A stretch of 64,000 nt of DNA, taken from an uncultured Clostridia bacterium (GTDB lineage: Bacteria > Bacillota > Clostridia > TANB77 > CAG-508). The notes beneath the pieces are model-generated. The model was not told where the DNA came from and ran no database searches. It saw only the letters and a program-made list of their open reading frames with translations. Shown one piece after another: positions 20,333 through 31,502 of this stretch (positions are counted from its first letter, which is position 1; every line of letters begins with the position of its first letter). The DNA is taken from positions 23,401 through 87,400 of the forward strand of contig CALXEW010000004.1 in NCBI GenBank assembly GCA_944387435.1. Direction: 5' to 3'. A program made the position numbers and the translations under genes.

Positions 20333-22195
20333 ATGATAAAATTTATACAAAAACATAGAAATATGTATTTGAGAATTATTGATGTTATAATTATTATCGC
20401 AAGTTATTATTTAGCACAAGTTATAATAGGAGATAGACTTATGCTAGGGCCAGAGATGAATAGAAGAGTTATAAATTCTATTATCTTAGCAATTATTGTT
20501 TATGGCGGATTTTTACAAATATTTAGAACATATAAAAACATAACAAGGTATGAAACAGGAAATGACTATTTGATTTATGTATTAGCTTGTTTAATTTCTT
20601 GCATTGTTATGGTGTTTTTTAATGTCTTGAATATTATAAAAACTGTAGACGAGAGGACTAACTTAATTGCATCTCTTATTATAGTAACTACAATTATTGG
20701 ATATAGAGTATTTTTAAGACTGATATTAACAGATGTGCATAGAGGAAAAGAAGATAGTAGCAATAAAAGAAATGTTTTAATAATTGGTGCGGGTGAGGCC
20801 ACAAAAATATTAATTAATACTATAAAAAGTAGCATGAATGATGTATATAATATTGTGGGACTTATTGATGATAATACAAATAAAGTAAATTATGCTATTT
20901 CGGGAAATAAAATTCTAGGAACAAGATATGATATTCCTAGGATTTGTAAGGAAAAGAATGTTGAAGTAATATTTTTTACAATTTCTAATATATCAAATGA
21001 AGATAGAAAAGCGATTTTAGAGATTTGCCAGGAAACAGGTTGTAGAGTAAGAATACTTCCGGGAACTAAAGAACTTATTAAGAATAAGCCGCTTATGCAA
21101 AATTTTAGAAATGTGGAGATTGAAGATTTACTTGGGAGAGAACCGATTAAGCTAGATAACAAAAATATTAAAAAGCTTATTAATAATAAAGTTGTATTAG
21201 TTACAGGTGGAGGAGGTTCTATTGGTTCAGAATTATGTAGGCAAATTATAAAATTCAGTCCTTCAAAACTTGTAATTGTAGATATTTATGAAAATAATCT
21301 TTATGATATAGAGCAGGAGTTGAAATTTAATTATCCAAAAATAGAAATAGATGCGATTGTTGCAAGTGTTAGAGATAAAAATAGATTGAATGAAATATTT
21401 GAAGAATTTAAGCCTTATTTGGTATTTCATGCAGCAGCTCATAAACATGTACCTTTAATGGAAACAAGCCCATTAGAAGCAATAAAAAATAATGTTTTTG
21501 GTACTTATAATGTTGTGAATTGTGCAGATGAATATAAAGCAAAAAGATTTATACTTATTTCTACAGATAAGGCTGTTAATCCTACCAATATCATGGGAGC
21601 TACGAAACGTTTATGTGAAATGATTGTGCAAGCCAAAAATAAGGTAAGTGAAACTGAATATGCAGCTGTTCGTTTTGGTAATGTTTTAGGAAGTAATGGG
21701 TCTGTGGTACCTTTATTTAAAAAACAAATTGCAAATGGAGGACCAATAACAGTAACTCATAAAGATATTACTAGATTTTTCATGACTATACCAGAAGCAG
21801 TATCACTTGTGCTTCAAGCAATGAGCTATGCACAAGGTGGAGAGATATTTGTCTTAGATATGGGTGAGCCAGTTAAGATTTATGATATGGCTGTTAAATT
21901 AATAAAGCTTTCTGGTTTAGAACCAGGAGTAGATATACAAATTAAAATTACGGGATTAAGACCGGGAGAAAAGTTATATGAAGAAATATTAATGGCAGAA
22001 GAGGGATTAACTGAAACTAAGCATGATAAAATACATGTCGCTAAGCCATCTGATATTAATATGACGAAGATTAAAGAAAAATTAACTGTTTTAAGAAAAT
22101 TAGTGGATACAAATGATAATGAAAATAAAGAAGAAATAAAGAAAGTAATACATGAAGTTGTACCTACTTATAAAGAACCGAAAAAAGAAGAATAG
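20333..22195 (+). CDS. Polysaccharide biosynthesis nucleotide-sugar 4,6-dehydratase (CapD/PglF-like)
   Basis: Four TMs; TGGGGSIGSEL, HAAAHKHVP, STDKAV and VRFGNVLGS motifs. Confidence 0.93.
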   Translation: MIKFIQKHRNMYLRIIDVIIIIASYYLAQVIIGDRLMLGPEMNRRVINSIILAIIVYGGFLQIFRTYKNITRYETGNDYLIYVLACLISCIVMVFFNVLNIIKTVDERTNLIASLIIVTTIIGYRVFLRLILTDVHRGKEDSSNKRNVLIIGAGEATKILINTIKSSMNDVYNIVGLIDDNTNKVNYAISGNKILGTRYDIPRICKEKNVEVIFFTISNISNEDRKAILEICQETGCRVRILPGTKELIKNKPLMQNFRNVEIEDLLGREPIKLDNKNIKKLINNKVVLVTGGGGSIGSELCRQIIKFSPSKLVIVDIYENNLYDIEQELKFNYPKIEIDAIVASVRDKNRLNEIFEEFKPYLVFHAAAHKHVPLMETSPLEAIKNNVFGTYNVVNCADEYKAKRFILISTDKAVNPTNIMGATKRLCEMIVQAKNKVSETEYAAVRFGNVLGSNGSVVPLFKKQIANGGPITVTHKDITRFFMTIPEAVSLVLQAMSYAQGGEIFVLDMGEPVKIYDMAVKLIKLSGLEPGVDIQIKITGLRPGEKLYEEILMAEEGLTETKHDKIHVAKPSDINMTKIKEKLTVLRKLVDTNDNENKEEIKKVIHEVVPTYKEPKKEE

Positions 22196-22205
22196 GGGAG
22201 TTAAA

Positions 22206-22877
22206 TTGGAAAAGGATAATTTTAAATTCTATTTTGTTATAAAAAGAATATTGGATATAATTTTTTCACTTTTAGGGCTTATTATATTGTCACCGATTTT
22301 GTTGATTGTAGCCATAGCAATAAAAATAGAATCAAAAGGACCAGTTATTTTTAAACAAAAGAGAATTGGAAAAAACGGAAAAGTTTTTAATATATATAAA
22401 TTTCGCTCAATGGTAGTTGGAGCAGAAAAAATGGGAAGTGGAGTATATTCAAAAAAAGATGATAATAGAGTAACAAAAGTTGGGAAATTTATAAGAATGA
22501 CTAGTATTGACGAATTACCACAATTAGTAAATATTTTAAGAGGAGAAATGAGTATTATAGGTCCTAGACCTGTGCTTACGTATCATCCATGGAAATATGA
22601 AGAGTATACAGATGAACAATTAAAAAGATTTAATGTAAGACCAGGTGTTACTGGCTGGGCACAAGTTCATGGGAGAAAAGATGTTGAATGGCATGAAAGA
22701 ATAAAATTGGATATTTACTATGTTGAAAATATTAGTTTCTGGTTAGATTTAAAAATATTTTTTAAAACGATATTTCAAGTATTGTCTATGAGGGATAATG
22801 TAAATAAAGAAGAAACGGCTAAACAAGAAAATAAAGCAGGAGAAGAAAAAAATGATAAAATTGATGTATATAACTAA
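22206..22877 (+). CDS. Priming sugar (phosphoglycosyl) transferase
   Basis: KRILDI, KFRSM, DELPQL and PGVTGWAQV motifs; TTG start after GGGGAG. Confidence 0.92.
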   Translation: MEKDNFKFYFVIKRILDIIFSLLGLIILSPILLIVAIAIKIESKGPVIFKQKRIGKNGKVFNIYKFRSMVVGAEKMGSGVYSKKDDNRVTKVGKFIRMTSIDELPQLVNILRGEMSIIGPRPVLTYHPWKYEEYTDEQLKRFNVRPGVTGWAQVHGRKDVEWHERIKLDIYYVENISFWLDLKIFFKTIFQVLSMRDNVNKEETAKQENKAGEEKNDKIDVYN

Positions 22878-23670
22878 TAATGAAGAAGTTGCAGAAATAG
22901 CTGAAAATGCTGGTGTAGATAGAATATGGATTGATTTAGAGGTAAATGGTAAAGAAGAAAGACAAAAAAACATGGATACTGTTAAATCAAGACATAAAAT
23001 AGAAGATGTAGGAAAAATAAAGAAAGTATTAACGAAATCAGAGCTTTTGGTAAGAGTTAATTCTATATATGAAAAATCAAAAGAGGAGATAGATAGAGTT
23101 GTAAATCAAGGAGCCGATATAGTAATGCTTCCTTATTTTAAAACTGTTGAGGAAGTAAAAAAATTTATAAATTTAATAGATGGCAGATGTAAAACAATGT
23201 TACTTGTTGAAACACCTGAAGCAGTTGATAAAATAGACGAAATATTAAATTTAAAAGGAATAGATGAAGTACATATAGGATTAAATGATTTACATTTAGG
23301 ATATAAGAAAAAATTTATGTTTGAATTATTAACTGATGGAACTGTAGAATATTTATGTAAGAAATTTAAAGAACACGGAATTACACAGTATGGCTTTGGA
23401 GGAATTTCAAGATTAGGAACAGGAGAATTGCCAGCTGAGGATATTTTAACAGAACATTATAGGTTAGGTTCAAAAGCTGCAATATTATCTAGAAGCTTTT
23501 GCAATACAGATAAAATAAAAGATTTAGAGGAAATAAAAGAATTGTTTGATAATGGTGTACAAGAAATAAGAAACATGGAAAAGAAATTACAAAGTTATAA
23601 TGAAAAACAGTTCTTAGAAAATAAAAAGAAAATAACTGATATAATAAATAACATTGTAAATAGTAAATAG
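22852..23670 (+). CDS. HpcH/HpaI aldolase/citrate lyase family protein
   Basis: GVDRIWIDLE, LLVETPEAV and HIGLNDL motifs. Confidence 0.75.
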   Translation: MIKLMYITNNEEVAEIAENAGVDRIWIDLEVNGKEERQKNMDTVKSRHKIEDVGKIKKVLTKSELLVRVNSIYEKSKEEIDRVVNQGADIVMLPYFKTVEEVKKFINLIDGRCKTMLLVETPEAVDKIDEILNLKGIDEVHIGLNDLHLGYKKKFMFELLTDGTVEYLCKKFKEHGITQYGFGGISRLGTGELPAEDILTEHYRLGSKAAILSRSFCNTDKIKDLEEIKELFDNGVQEIRNMEKKLQSYNEKQFLENKKKITDIINNIVNSK

Positions 23671-23677
23671 AAAAGGA

Positions 23678-24602
23678 ATGAAAATATTGAAAACTTTAAT
23701 AACGGGAGCTTTTAAATATAATGAAGAACAATTAAAACATTTACAAAGTTTGGGATTAGAAATTCAATTTATGCAGGATGAAAAATCTAAAGCTGATATT
23801 GATTTTTCAAAAATAGAATTTGTTATTTGTAATTCATTATTTTTATATCATGATATAAAAATGTTTGAAAATTTAAGGGTAATTCAATTAACAAGTGCTG
23901 GGCTAGATAGAGTACCATTAGAATATATAGAAAAGAATGGTATAAAGTTGTATAATGCTCGAGGAGTTTATAGTATACCAATGGCAGAGTGGACAATTTT
24001 AAAAATATTAGAAACATATAAAAACAGTAAAAAATTTTGGAAACAACAAGAAGAGCATATCTGGGAAAAAAATAGAGATGTTGTGGAATTAAACAATAAA
24101 ATTGCTACCATTGTTCGGATATGGTAGTGTTGGTTATGAAATAGCTAAAAGATTAAAAGTATTTAATGTGAAAATAAATATAGTAGATTTAAAACTAAAA
24201 AAAGATGAGTATGTAGATCAGTGTTATTTAATAAAAGATTTAGATACTGCTATTAGAGAATCAAATATAATAATATTAACAGTACCTCTTACTAAAAAAA
24301 CAGAAGGCTTAATGAGTAAAAATAGATTACTGTTAATGAAAGAAAATAGTATTTTAGTTAATATAGCAAGAGGAAAGATAATTAGAGAAAAAGATTTAGT
24401 TGAAGTTTTAAAAGACTATCCACAAAAAAAGCTAGGTGTTGTATTGGATGTCTTTGAAAATGAGCCATTAGATAAAGAAAGCGAATTATGGGATTTTGAC
24501 AATGTAATTCTAACTCCACATAATTCGTTTGTTGGAGAAAATAATAATGAAAGATTGTTTAAAGTAATAATTGAGAATATTGCAAAGGAGCAGAAAAAAT
24601 GA
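23678..24602 (+). CDS. D-isomer-specific 2-hydroxyacid dehydrogenase; +1 shift at CGG 24116 (307 aa when joined)
   Basis: The join restores the Rossmann motif IV-G-YGSVG; NIARG, LDVFENEPL and TPH motifs. Confidence 0.88.
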
Positions 24603-25702
24603 AATTTATGTTAATTTCTCCTAAAAATAGAACAGTATATAATTTTAGAGGAGATTTAATAAAAGAGATTCAAAAAAGTGGATATGATGTAATTGTAACT
24701 GGACCAAATGAAGATAATCTGGATAAGATAAAAGCGCTTGGAGTAGAATTTAAAAAAATAGATTTGGATAAAAATAGCGTAGGAATTTTTAATAATATAA
24801 AATATTATTTAGAACTAAAAAAATTGTTAAAAAACGAAAAGCCAGATATTGTATTGAGCTATACTATAAAACCTGTAATATTTGGAAGTTTAGCAGCTAA
24901 AAAAGCAAATATCGATAAAATTTATTCGTTAATAACAGGATTAGGACAAGTATATGCTACTAATGATTTGAAAACAAAAATTATTAGATTTATATGTGGG
25001 ATTGCATATAAAAGAGTATTTAAATATAATAAAAAAATTATTTTTCAAAATAAAGATGATTTAAATGAATGTGTAAGTAGAAAATACTTGTTGAAGGAAA
25101 AGTGTGAAGTAGTAGACGGTTCAGGTGTTAATTTAGAAAGATTTAGAAAGACAGAATTACCCAAAGGGAATACCTTCTTAATGGTATCACGTATGTTAAA
25201 AACTAAAGGAGTTCAAGAGTATCTTGAGGCAGCTAGAATTGTTAAAATGAAATATCCAGAAACTAAATTTTTGTATGTAGGTTCGACAGAAAATATGTCA
25301 TCCTATGTGAAAAAAGAAGAAGTGGATAAATATATAAACGCTGGGATAATAGAATATTGTGAGCAAACAGAAGATGTTCCTTCAATGATAATGAAAAGTA
25401 CTGTATTTGTATTACCATCTTATTATAGAGAAGGAATACCTAGGACTTTACTAGAAGCATTAGCTATGGCTAGACCAATTATAACTACAGATAGCATAGG
25501 ATGTAGGGAGACGGTAAAAGATGGTAAAAATGGATTTTTGATACCAGTAAGAAATGTAAATGCCCTAGAAGAAAAAATGATTTATATGATAGAGCATCGA
25601 GAAGAGCTTGAAAAAATGGCAGAAGAAAGTTATGAATATTGTAAAGAAAGATTTGATGTTAATATTATAAATAAGAAAATGCTAGAAATTATGAATATAT
25701 AG
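24599..25702 (+). CDS. Glycosyltransferase family 4
   Basis: GSGVNL and PSYYREGIPRTLLEA motifs. Confidence 0.92.
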   Translation: MKFMLISPKNRTVYNFRGDLIKEIQKSGYDVIVTGPNEDNLDKIKALGVEFKKIDLDKNSVGIFNNIKYYLELKKLLKNEKPDIVLSYTIKPVIFGSLAAKKANIDKIYSLITGLGQVYATNDLKTKIIRFICGIAYKRVFKYNKKIIFQNKDDLNECVSRKYLLKEKCEVVDGSGVNLERFRKTELPKGNTFLMVSRMLKTKGVQEYLEAARIVKMKYPETKFLYVGSTENMSSYVKKEEVDKYINAGIIEYCEQTEDVPSMIMKSTVFVLPSYYREGIPRTLLEALAMARPIITTDSIGCRETVKDGKNGFLIPVRNVNALEEKMIYMIEHREELEKMAEESYEYCKERFDVNIINKKMLEIMNI

Positions 25703-25711
25703 GAGGTAAAA

Positions 25712-27013
25712 ATGAAACAGTACAAAATAGCAGTAGCTGGAACAGGATATGTAGGATTAGTAGCAGGAGTATGTTTTGCAGAAAGAGGACACCAAGTAAT
25801 GTGTGTTGATGTTGATGAGAAAAAAGTAGAGGTTATGAAAAGTGGTGTATCACCAATATATGAACAAGATTTAGAAGAATTAATGAGAAAAAATTATAAG
25901 GAAGGAAGATTAGACTATACAACTGATTATAAATCAGCTTATAAAGATGCAGATGCAATATTCATAGGTGTTGGAACGCCTGAACAACCAGATGGATCAG
26001 CTAATTTAAGTTATATTGCAACAGTATCAAGACAAATTGCAGAAAGTATTGAAAAAGATTGCTTAGTGGTTGTAAAATCAACAGTACCAATAGGAACAAA
26101 TGATAAGGTAGAGCAATTTATAAAAGACTTTTTAGTACATGATGTAAAAGTGGAAGTTGCAAGCAACCCAGAATTCTTAGCTCAAGGAACAGCTGTAAGA
26201 GATACATTGGAGGCTAAAAGAATAGTGATAGGAACTGAAAGTAAAGAAGCTGAAAAAATGTTAATGGAAATATATGAACCATTTAATTTACCAATAGTAT
26301 CAGTAAGTAGAAGAAGTGCAGAGATGATAAAATATGCATCAAATGATTTTTTAGCTTTAAAAATATCTTATATAAATGATATAGCTAATCTTTGTGAATT
26401 AGTAGGGGCAAATATAGAGGATGTAGCAAAAGGAATGAGTTATGACCCAAGAATAGGAAGTAATTTCTTGAAAGCCGGAATTGGATATGGTGGAAGTTGT
26501 TTCCCAAAAGATACAAAAGCATTAAAGTATCTTGCTAAACAACATGGATATACATTAAGAACAGTAGAAGCAGCTGTTGATGTAAATGCAGAACAAAAAA
26601 CGAAATTATTTAAAAAAGCATCTGACAGGTTAATAACATTTAATAATTTAAAAGTAGCAGTATTAGGTTTAACATTTAAACCAGGAACAGATGACTTAAG
26701 AGAGGCTCCATCACTTGATAATGTAAAATTATTGTTAGAAAAAGGTGCAAATATTTATGCATATGATCCGGTTGGAGAAGATAACTATAAGAAAAAATAT
26801 CCAACAGAAATGAACTATGTAAATACTCCAGAAGAAGCATTAAAAGATGCTAATGTATGCTTTATATTTACAGAATGGAATGAAATAAAAAATGTAAAAC
26901 CAGAAGAATATAAAGATTTAATGAAAACGCCTCTTGTATATGATGGAAGAAACATATATAATTTAAAAGACATGATAAAAGCAGGTGTAGAATATTATTC
27001 AATAGGAAGGTAG
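25712..27013 (+). CDS. ugd: UDP-glucose 6-dehydrogenase
   Basis: GTGYVG, SNPEFL, GYGGSCFPKD and FKPGTDD motifs. Confidence 0.95.
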   Translation: MKQYKIAVAGTGYVGLVAGVCFAERGHQVMCVDVDEKKVEVMKSGVSPIYEQDLEELMRKNYKEGRLDYTTDYKSAYKDADAIFIGVGTPEQPDGSANLSYIATVSRQIAESIEKDCLVVVKSTVPIGTNDKVEQFIKDFLVHDVKVEVASNPEFLAQGTAVRDTLEAKRIVIGTESKEAEKMLMEIYEPFNLPIVSVSRRSAEMIKYASNDFLALKISYINDIANLCELVGANIEDVAKGMSYDPRIGSNFLKAGIGYGGSCFPKDTKALKYLAKQHGYTLRTVEAAVDVNAEQKTKLFKKASDRLITFNNLKVAVLGLTFKPGTDDLREAPSLDNVKLLLEKGANIYAYDPVGEDNYKKKYPTEMNYVNTPEEALKDANVCFIFTEWNEIKNVKPEEYKDLMKTPLVYDGRNIYNLKDMIKAGVEYYSIGR

Positions 27014-27020
27014 GAAAAGC

Positions 27021-27992
27021 ATGAAAACATATTTAATTACAGGTGGAGCAGGTTTCATAGGTTCCACTTTAGCAGATAGATTATTACAAGAAGGACAAAA
27101 AGTTATAGTAATAGATAATTTTAATGATTTTTATAATCCTAAAATTAAAGAAAATAATGTAAAACATAATTTATTGAATCCTAATTATAAATTGGAAAGA
27201 ATTGATATAAGAAATGAAAAAGAAGTAAATCGTGTGTTTGAAGAAAATAGAATAGATAATGTTATGCATTTAGCCGCAATGGCTGGAGTTAGACCATCTA
27301 TAGAAAATCCTATATTATATCAAGAAGTAAATTGTTTAGGTAGTCAAAATATTTTAGAAGCTATGAAAAAATATGATGTAAAGAATATTGTGTTTGCTTC
27401 TTCTAGTTCTGTTTATGGAAATACAAAAACAGTTCCTTTCAAAGAAACTGATATAGTTGACTATGCAATAAGTCCATATGCTGCTACAAAAAAGGCAAAT
27501 GAAGTAATGTGTCATGTTTATCATAAATTATATAATTTAAATGTTATTATGCTTAGATTTTTTACAGTATATGGTGAAAGACAAAGACCAGATTTGGCAA
27601 TTAATAAGTTTACAAGATTAATTTTAGAAGGACAACCTATACCTGTATTTGGTGATGGAACAACATCAAGAGATTATACTTATGTTCAGGATATTGTAGA
27701 TGGAATTATGAAATCTTTTAAATATATTGAAGAAAATAAAAACGTATATGAAATTTTAAATTTAGGAGAATCAGAGCCAATAACTTTAGATGGAATGATA
27801 AAAACTATTGAGAAAGTATTAAATAAAAAAGCAATTATTAATAGATTACCAATGCAACCAGGAGATGTAAATAGAACTTATGCAGATATTTCAAAAGCAA
27901 AATCAATGATTGGTTATAATCCTAACACTTCTTTTGAAGATGGAATAAAGAAATTTGTTAAATGGTATAAAGAAAATATAGATATGTATTAA
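27021..27992 (+). CDS. NAD-dependent epimerase (UDP-glucuronate 4-epimerase-like)
   Basis: GGAGFIG, HLAAMAGVR, YAATK and LRFFTVYG motifs. Confidence 0.88.
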   Translation: MKTYLITGGAGFIGSTLADRLLQEGQKVIVIDNFNDFYNPKIKENNVKHNLLNPNYKLERIDIRNEKEVNRVFEENRIDNVMHLAAMAGVRPSIENPILYQEVNCLGSQNILEAMKKYDVKNIVFASSSSVYGNTKTVPFKETDIVDYAISPYAATKKANEVMCHVYHKLYNLNVIMLRFFTVYGERQRPDLAINKFTRLILEGQPIPVFGDGTTSRDYTYVQDIVDGIMKSFKYIEENKNVYEILNLGESEPITLDGMIKTIEKVLNKKAIINRLPMQPGDVNRTYADISKAKSMIGYNPNTSFEDGIKKFVKWYKENIDMY

Positions 27993-28007
27993 AGGAGCGA
28001 AAAAAAT

Positions 28008-29057
28008 ATGGCTAAAATAAGTATTGTTGTACCTGTTTATAATGTCGAAAAATATCTAGATGAATGCATAAAATCTCTTATTGACCAAACTTTAAAAGAT
28101 ATAGAAATAATTTTGATAAATGATGGTTCTACAGATAAAAGTTTAGAAATTTGTAGAAAATATGCAAAATATGATAAAAGAATTGTTGTTATAGATAAAA
28201 AGAATACGGGAGTATCAGATACTCGAAATGTTGGAATAGATAAAGCGACAGGAGAGTATATTATGTTTGTTGACAGCGATGACTGGTTAGAAAAACAAGC
28301 TTGTGAATTGGCATATGAAGAAGCAAAAAAAGAGAATGCTGATTCAGTTATATTTTGTTATTACAGGGAAAGCTCTTCGGGAACAATAAAAAAGAATATT
28401 TTTGATAAAGAAAGAATTATTTTTGAAAATGAAGGAGTGAAAAAAAATATTCTTGTACCTACTTTAGGTTTAATTGGAGAAAAATTAAGAAAGCCACAGC
28501 GTTTGGATACATTAGTACCAATATATGCTAAAATATATAATTTAAAAATAATAAAAGAAAACAAAATCAAATACATAGATTTACATAAAATACCCTCAGA
28601 ATGCTTAATGTTTAATGTTGATTATTATAAAAATTCTAATAAAGTTGTTTATATTAAAAGGTATTTATACCATTATAGAAGAAATAATTTTTCATCAGTA
28701 ACTAAAGGTTATAGAGAAAATCTTTTTGAAAAATGGATATTTTGGATAGAATATATGAAAAATCATAATGAATTAGAAAATGAAGATTTGAAAAAGGCAT
28801 TAGATAGTAGAATATGTTTCAGTGTAATACCTTTAAGTGGTAACATAATAAAGAAAAAGAAATTTACTATGTTATACAAAGAGATGAAAAAAGTGTTAAA
28901 TAATTTATATTATATAGAAGCATATAAGAGTTTGGAATATCAATACTTTCCAATTCATTGGTGGATATACTTCAAATTAGCTAAAAACAAAAGAATATTT
29001 TTATTTTGTATTATGTCAAAAATAATGAGAATGTTAATAGAAAAGAAGAAAATATAA
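28008..29057 (+). CDS. Glycosyltransferase family 2
   Basis: ISIVVPVYN, INDGSTD and FVDSDD motifs. Confidence 0.93.
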   Translation: MAKISIVVPVYNVEKYLDECIKSLIDQTLKDIEIILINDGSTDKSLEICRKYAKYDKRIVVIDKKNTGVSDTRNVGIDKATGEYIMFVDSDDWLEKQACELAYEEAKKENADSVIFCYYRESSSGTIKKNIFDKERIIFENEGVKKNILVPTLGLIGEKLRKPQRLDTLVPIYAKIYNLKIIKENKIKYIDLHKIPSECLMFNVDYYKNSNKVVYIKRYLYHYRRNNFSSVTKGYRENLFEKWIFWIEYMKNHNELENEDLKKALDSRICFSVIPLSGNIIKKKKFTMLYKEMKKVLNNLYYIEAYKSLEYQYFPIHWWIYFKLAKNKRIFLFCIMSKIMRMLIEKKKI

Positions 29058-29266
29058 TTCAATAACAAAATAAAATTTTTATAAATGTGTGGAAATGTAA
29101 AGCTGATAATGTTAAAATTTTTATATAAATTTTGTTTAAAATAACTTAGAAATGTTTTTATGATATATGTGAATGCATATGTTTCACGATTCTAATTCAA
29201 ATAATTTAATATGTAATAGAAAATATAAATAAGTGTAGTTTAAATTAAATGCAGGGAGGAATTATA

Positions 29267-29845
29267 ATGGAGCGCGGAAGAGATAAGTTTAGAAAATATA
29301 AAAAGATAATATGTTTTTTTTCTAAGTGTGTTAATATTTTTCCAAAAAAGATTAGGGTTAAATTGTTTGAAACAGCTAGGAATATAAAAGGAAAAAAGGG
29401 GATTGCAGCTAGATATATTATTATAAAGGGGTTAGCAAAAAAGTGTGGTGATAATGTTGCAATATATCCAGGAGTATATATTTTTAATGTACAGAATTTA
29501 TCATTGGGAAACAATGTAAGTATTCACCAAATGAGTTATATAGATTCTGGAAGTAAAGGAGATATTGTAATAGGTAATGATGTTTCTATTGCACATTCTG
29601 TAACCATTTTAGCTTTTAATCATAAATACGATAATTTAGATATTCCAATAAAAGATCAAGGAAATAATGGACTTGAAACGACAATAGAAGACAATGTATG
29701 GATAGGTGCAAAAGCAACAATATTAGCTGGAAAGAAAATAAAAACTGGAGCAATAGTAGCAGCTAATTGTGTAGTTAGCAGAAATGTTAAAGAAAATACA
29801 ATTGTAGGTGGTATCCCCAATAAAGTGTTAAAGGAAAGAAGGTAG
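29267..29845 (+). CDS. Hexapeptide-repeat O-acetyltransferase
   Basis: IEDNVWIGAKATIL...GGIP left-handed beta-helix; GGAGG RBS. Confidence 0.88.
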   Translation: MERGRDKFRKYKKIICFFSKCVNIFPKKIRVKLFETARNIKGKKGIAARYIIIKGLAKKCGDNVAIYPGVYIFNVQNLSLGNNVSIHQMSYIDSGSKGDIVIGNDVSIAHSVTILAFNHKYDNLDIPIKDQGNNGLETTIEDNVWIGAKATILAGKKIKTGAIVAANCVVSRNVKENTIVGGIPNKVLKERR

Positions 29846-30215
29846 AGATGTTTAAAATGAGAATAATAAGTTGTAGTATATCATATATACAATAGATAAT
29901 CAAAACATGAAATATGTAAAAATTATATTTAACAGATAATGATTATTGGGATAATAGTGAAATTTTAAAAGTGAAAATAAATATAAAATAATAAAATTGT
30001 AATATAGAAACGCATAATTTAATTCTTCTGAAAAAATATGCAGAAAATCATTAATAAAATTCTTAAGATTTTTATTTTAAAAATCTATTAAAAGTGAATT
30101 TGATTTTTTATTGTGCATTTGTTCAAAAGAATGATAGTAATTATTTAAAATATAAAAAATAAATTATTTTATAGGAGGAAAATAATATATTAATAAATAT
30201 ATTATACAAGAGATA

Positions 30216-31502
30216 ATGTATGTATTATTAGCAATATTTATAGAAATATTTGTCTTATTTTTAATAAGAAACACATTTGGAATTGACTCGGTAGATGGAA
30301 TAATTTTAGTTTTAATAAATACTATAATATTTTTAATATGGAGTGCAACGAATAAAAAGTTGTCTAACTTTCAAAAAATTGTTATGATGGGGGGGTATTT
30401 ATTAAGGTTAATATTATTAGCTATTGACCAATATATAGTTAAGTTACCTTATAATAATTCTGATGCTGAAGGCTTTCAAAGTGTTGCTGTAACTATATCT
30501 AATAATATATCTTTGGTTAAAGAAAATTTGTATGGAGGAATATTTACTAAAATATTAGGAATATTATATTATTTAATTGGTGAAAACAGAATCTTTGCAC
30601 AAAGCATTAATATATTATTAGGTATGGCTGCAATATATAATTTTGATGTTATTGTAAATCAGATAGAAATAAATAGAGTTAGAAAAACGAAGTTTTTCCA
30701 ACTATTAGCAAATTTTTTGCCACAAACGTTAATTTTATCAGTCGTTTTGCTAAGAGAAATAGTAGTGGTATATTTAGTGATATTATCACTTAGATCTTGT
30801 ATAGCATATACAAAAACTGGAAATAAACTTGAAGCAATTAAAACTTTAATAGCTATTACTTTTGCATCTGCATTTCATGCTGGAGTGATATTTTTAATTA
30901 TAGGATATATTTTATTGATTTCTTTTTATAATGTTAAAGAAAAAAGAATGCGATTTTCTACAAAGAAAGTTACAATTTTTATATTTATAATTTTAATTTT
31001 TGGAGTAATATATCTGCGATATGGTGATATTTTTGCTACTAAGTTAACAAATATGGATGAAGAAAAATTATTAAATTCATTTGAGGGTGAAAGTAAAGGG
31101 GGCTCAGCATATTTAGGTGGAAAAAATATCGAAAGTTTTTCTGATATGATAATATATACAATTCCAAAAGCCTTGTATTTCTTGTTTTCTCCTATGCCAT
31201 GGGATTGGAGAGGAATAAATGACTTAACATCATTCACAATAGATTCTCTATTTTATGCTTATTTAATATATAATATTTTAAAGTATAGAAAAAACATTAA
31301 AAAAGAGGATAAAAGTATAATCAACTGTTTATTAATTGGGCTTATTATTACAATAATAGCTTTTTCTGTAGGAACTTCTAATGCTGGAACAGCAATTAGA
31401 CATAGACATAAAATATTTTTGTATCTGAATGTAATGGCGATATATTGTATCAATGGAAAGAAGGAAGAAGAAAAAAGATATGAGAAAAGAAAGTTCTATT
31501 AA
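30216..31502 (+). CDS. Putative Wzy polysaccharide polymerase
   Basis: About 10 TMs, very low GC, located next to the flippase in the EPS locus. Confidence 0.65.
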   Translation: MYVLLAIFIEIFVLFLIRNTFGIDSVDGIILVLINTIIFLIWSATNKKLSNFQKIVMMGGYLLRLILLAIDQYIVKLPYNNSDAEGFQSVAVTISNNISLVKENLYGGIFTKILGILYYLIGENRIFAQSINILLGMAAIYNFDVIVNQIEINRVRKTKFFQLLANFLPQTLILSVVLLREIVVVYLVILSLRSCIAYTKTGNKLEAIKTLIAITFASAFHAGVIFLIIGYILLISFYNVKEKRMRFSTKKVTIFIFIILIFGVIYLRYGDIFATKLTNMDEEKLLNSFEGESKGGSAYLGGKNIESFSDMIIYTIPKALYFLFSPMPWDWRGINDLTSFTIDSLFYAYLIYNILKYRKNIKKEDKSIINCLLIGLIITIIAFSVGTSNAGTAIRHRHKIFLYLNVMAIYCINGKKEEEKRYEKRKFY

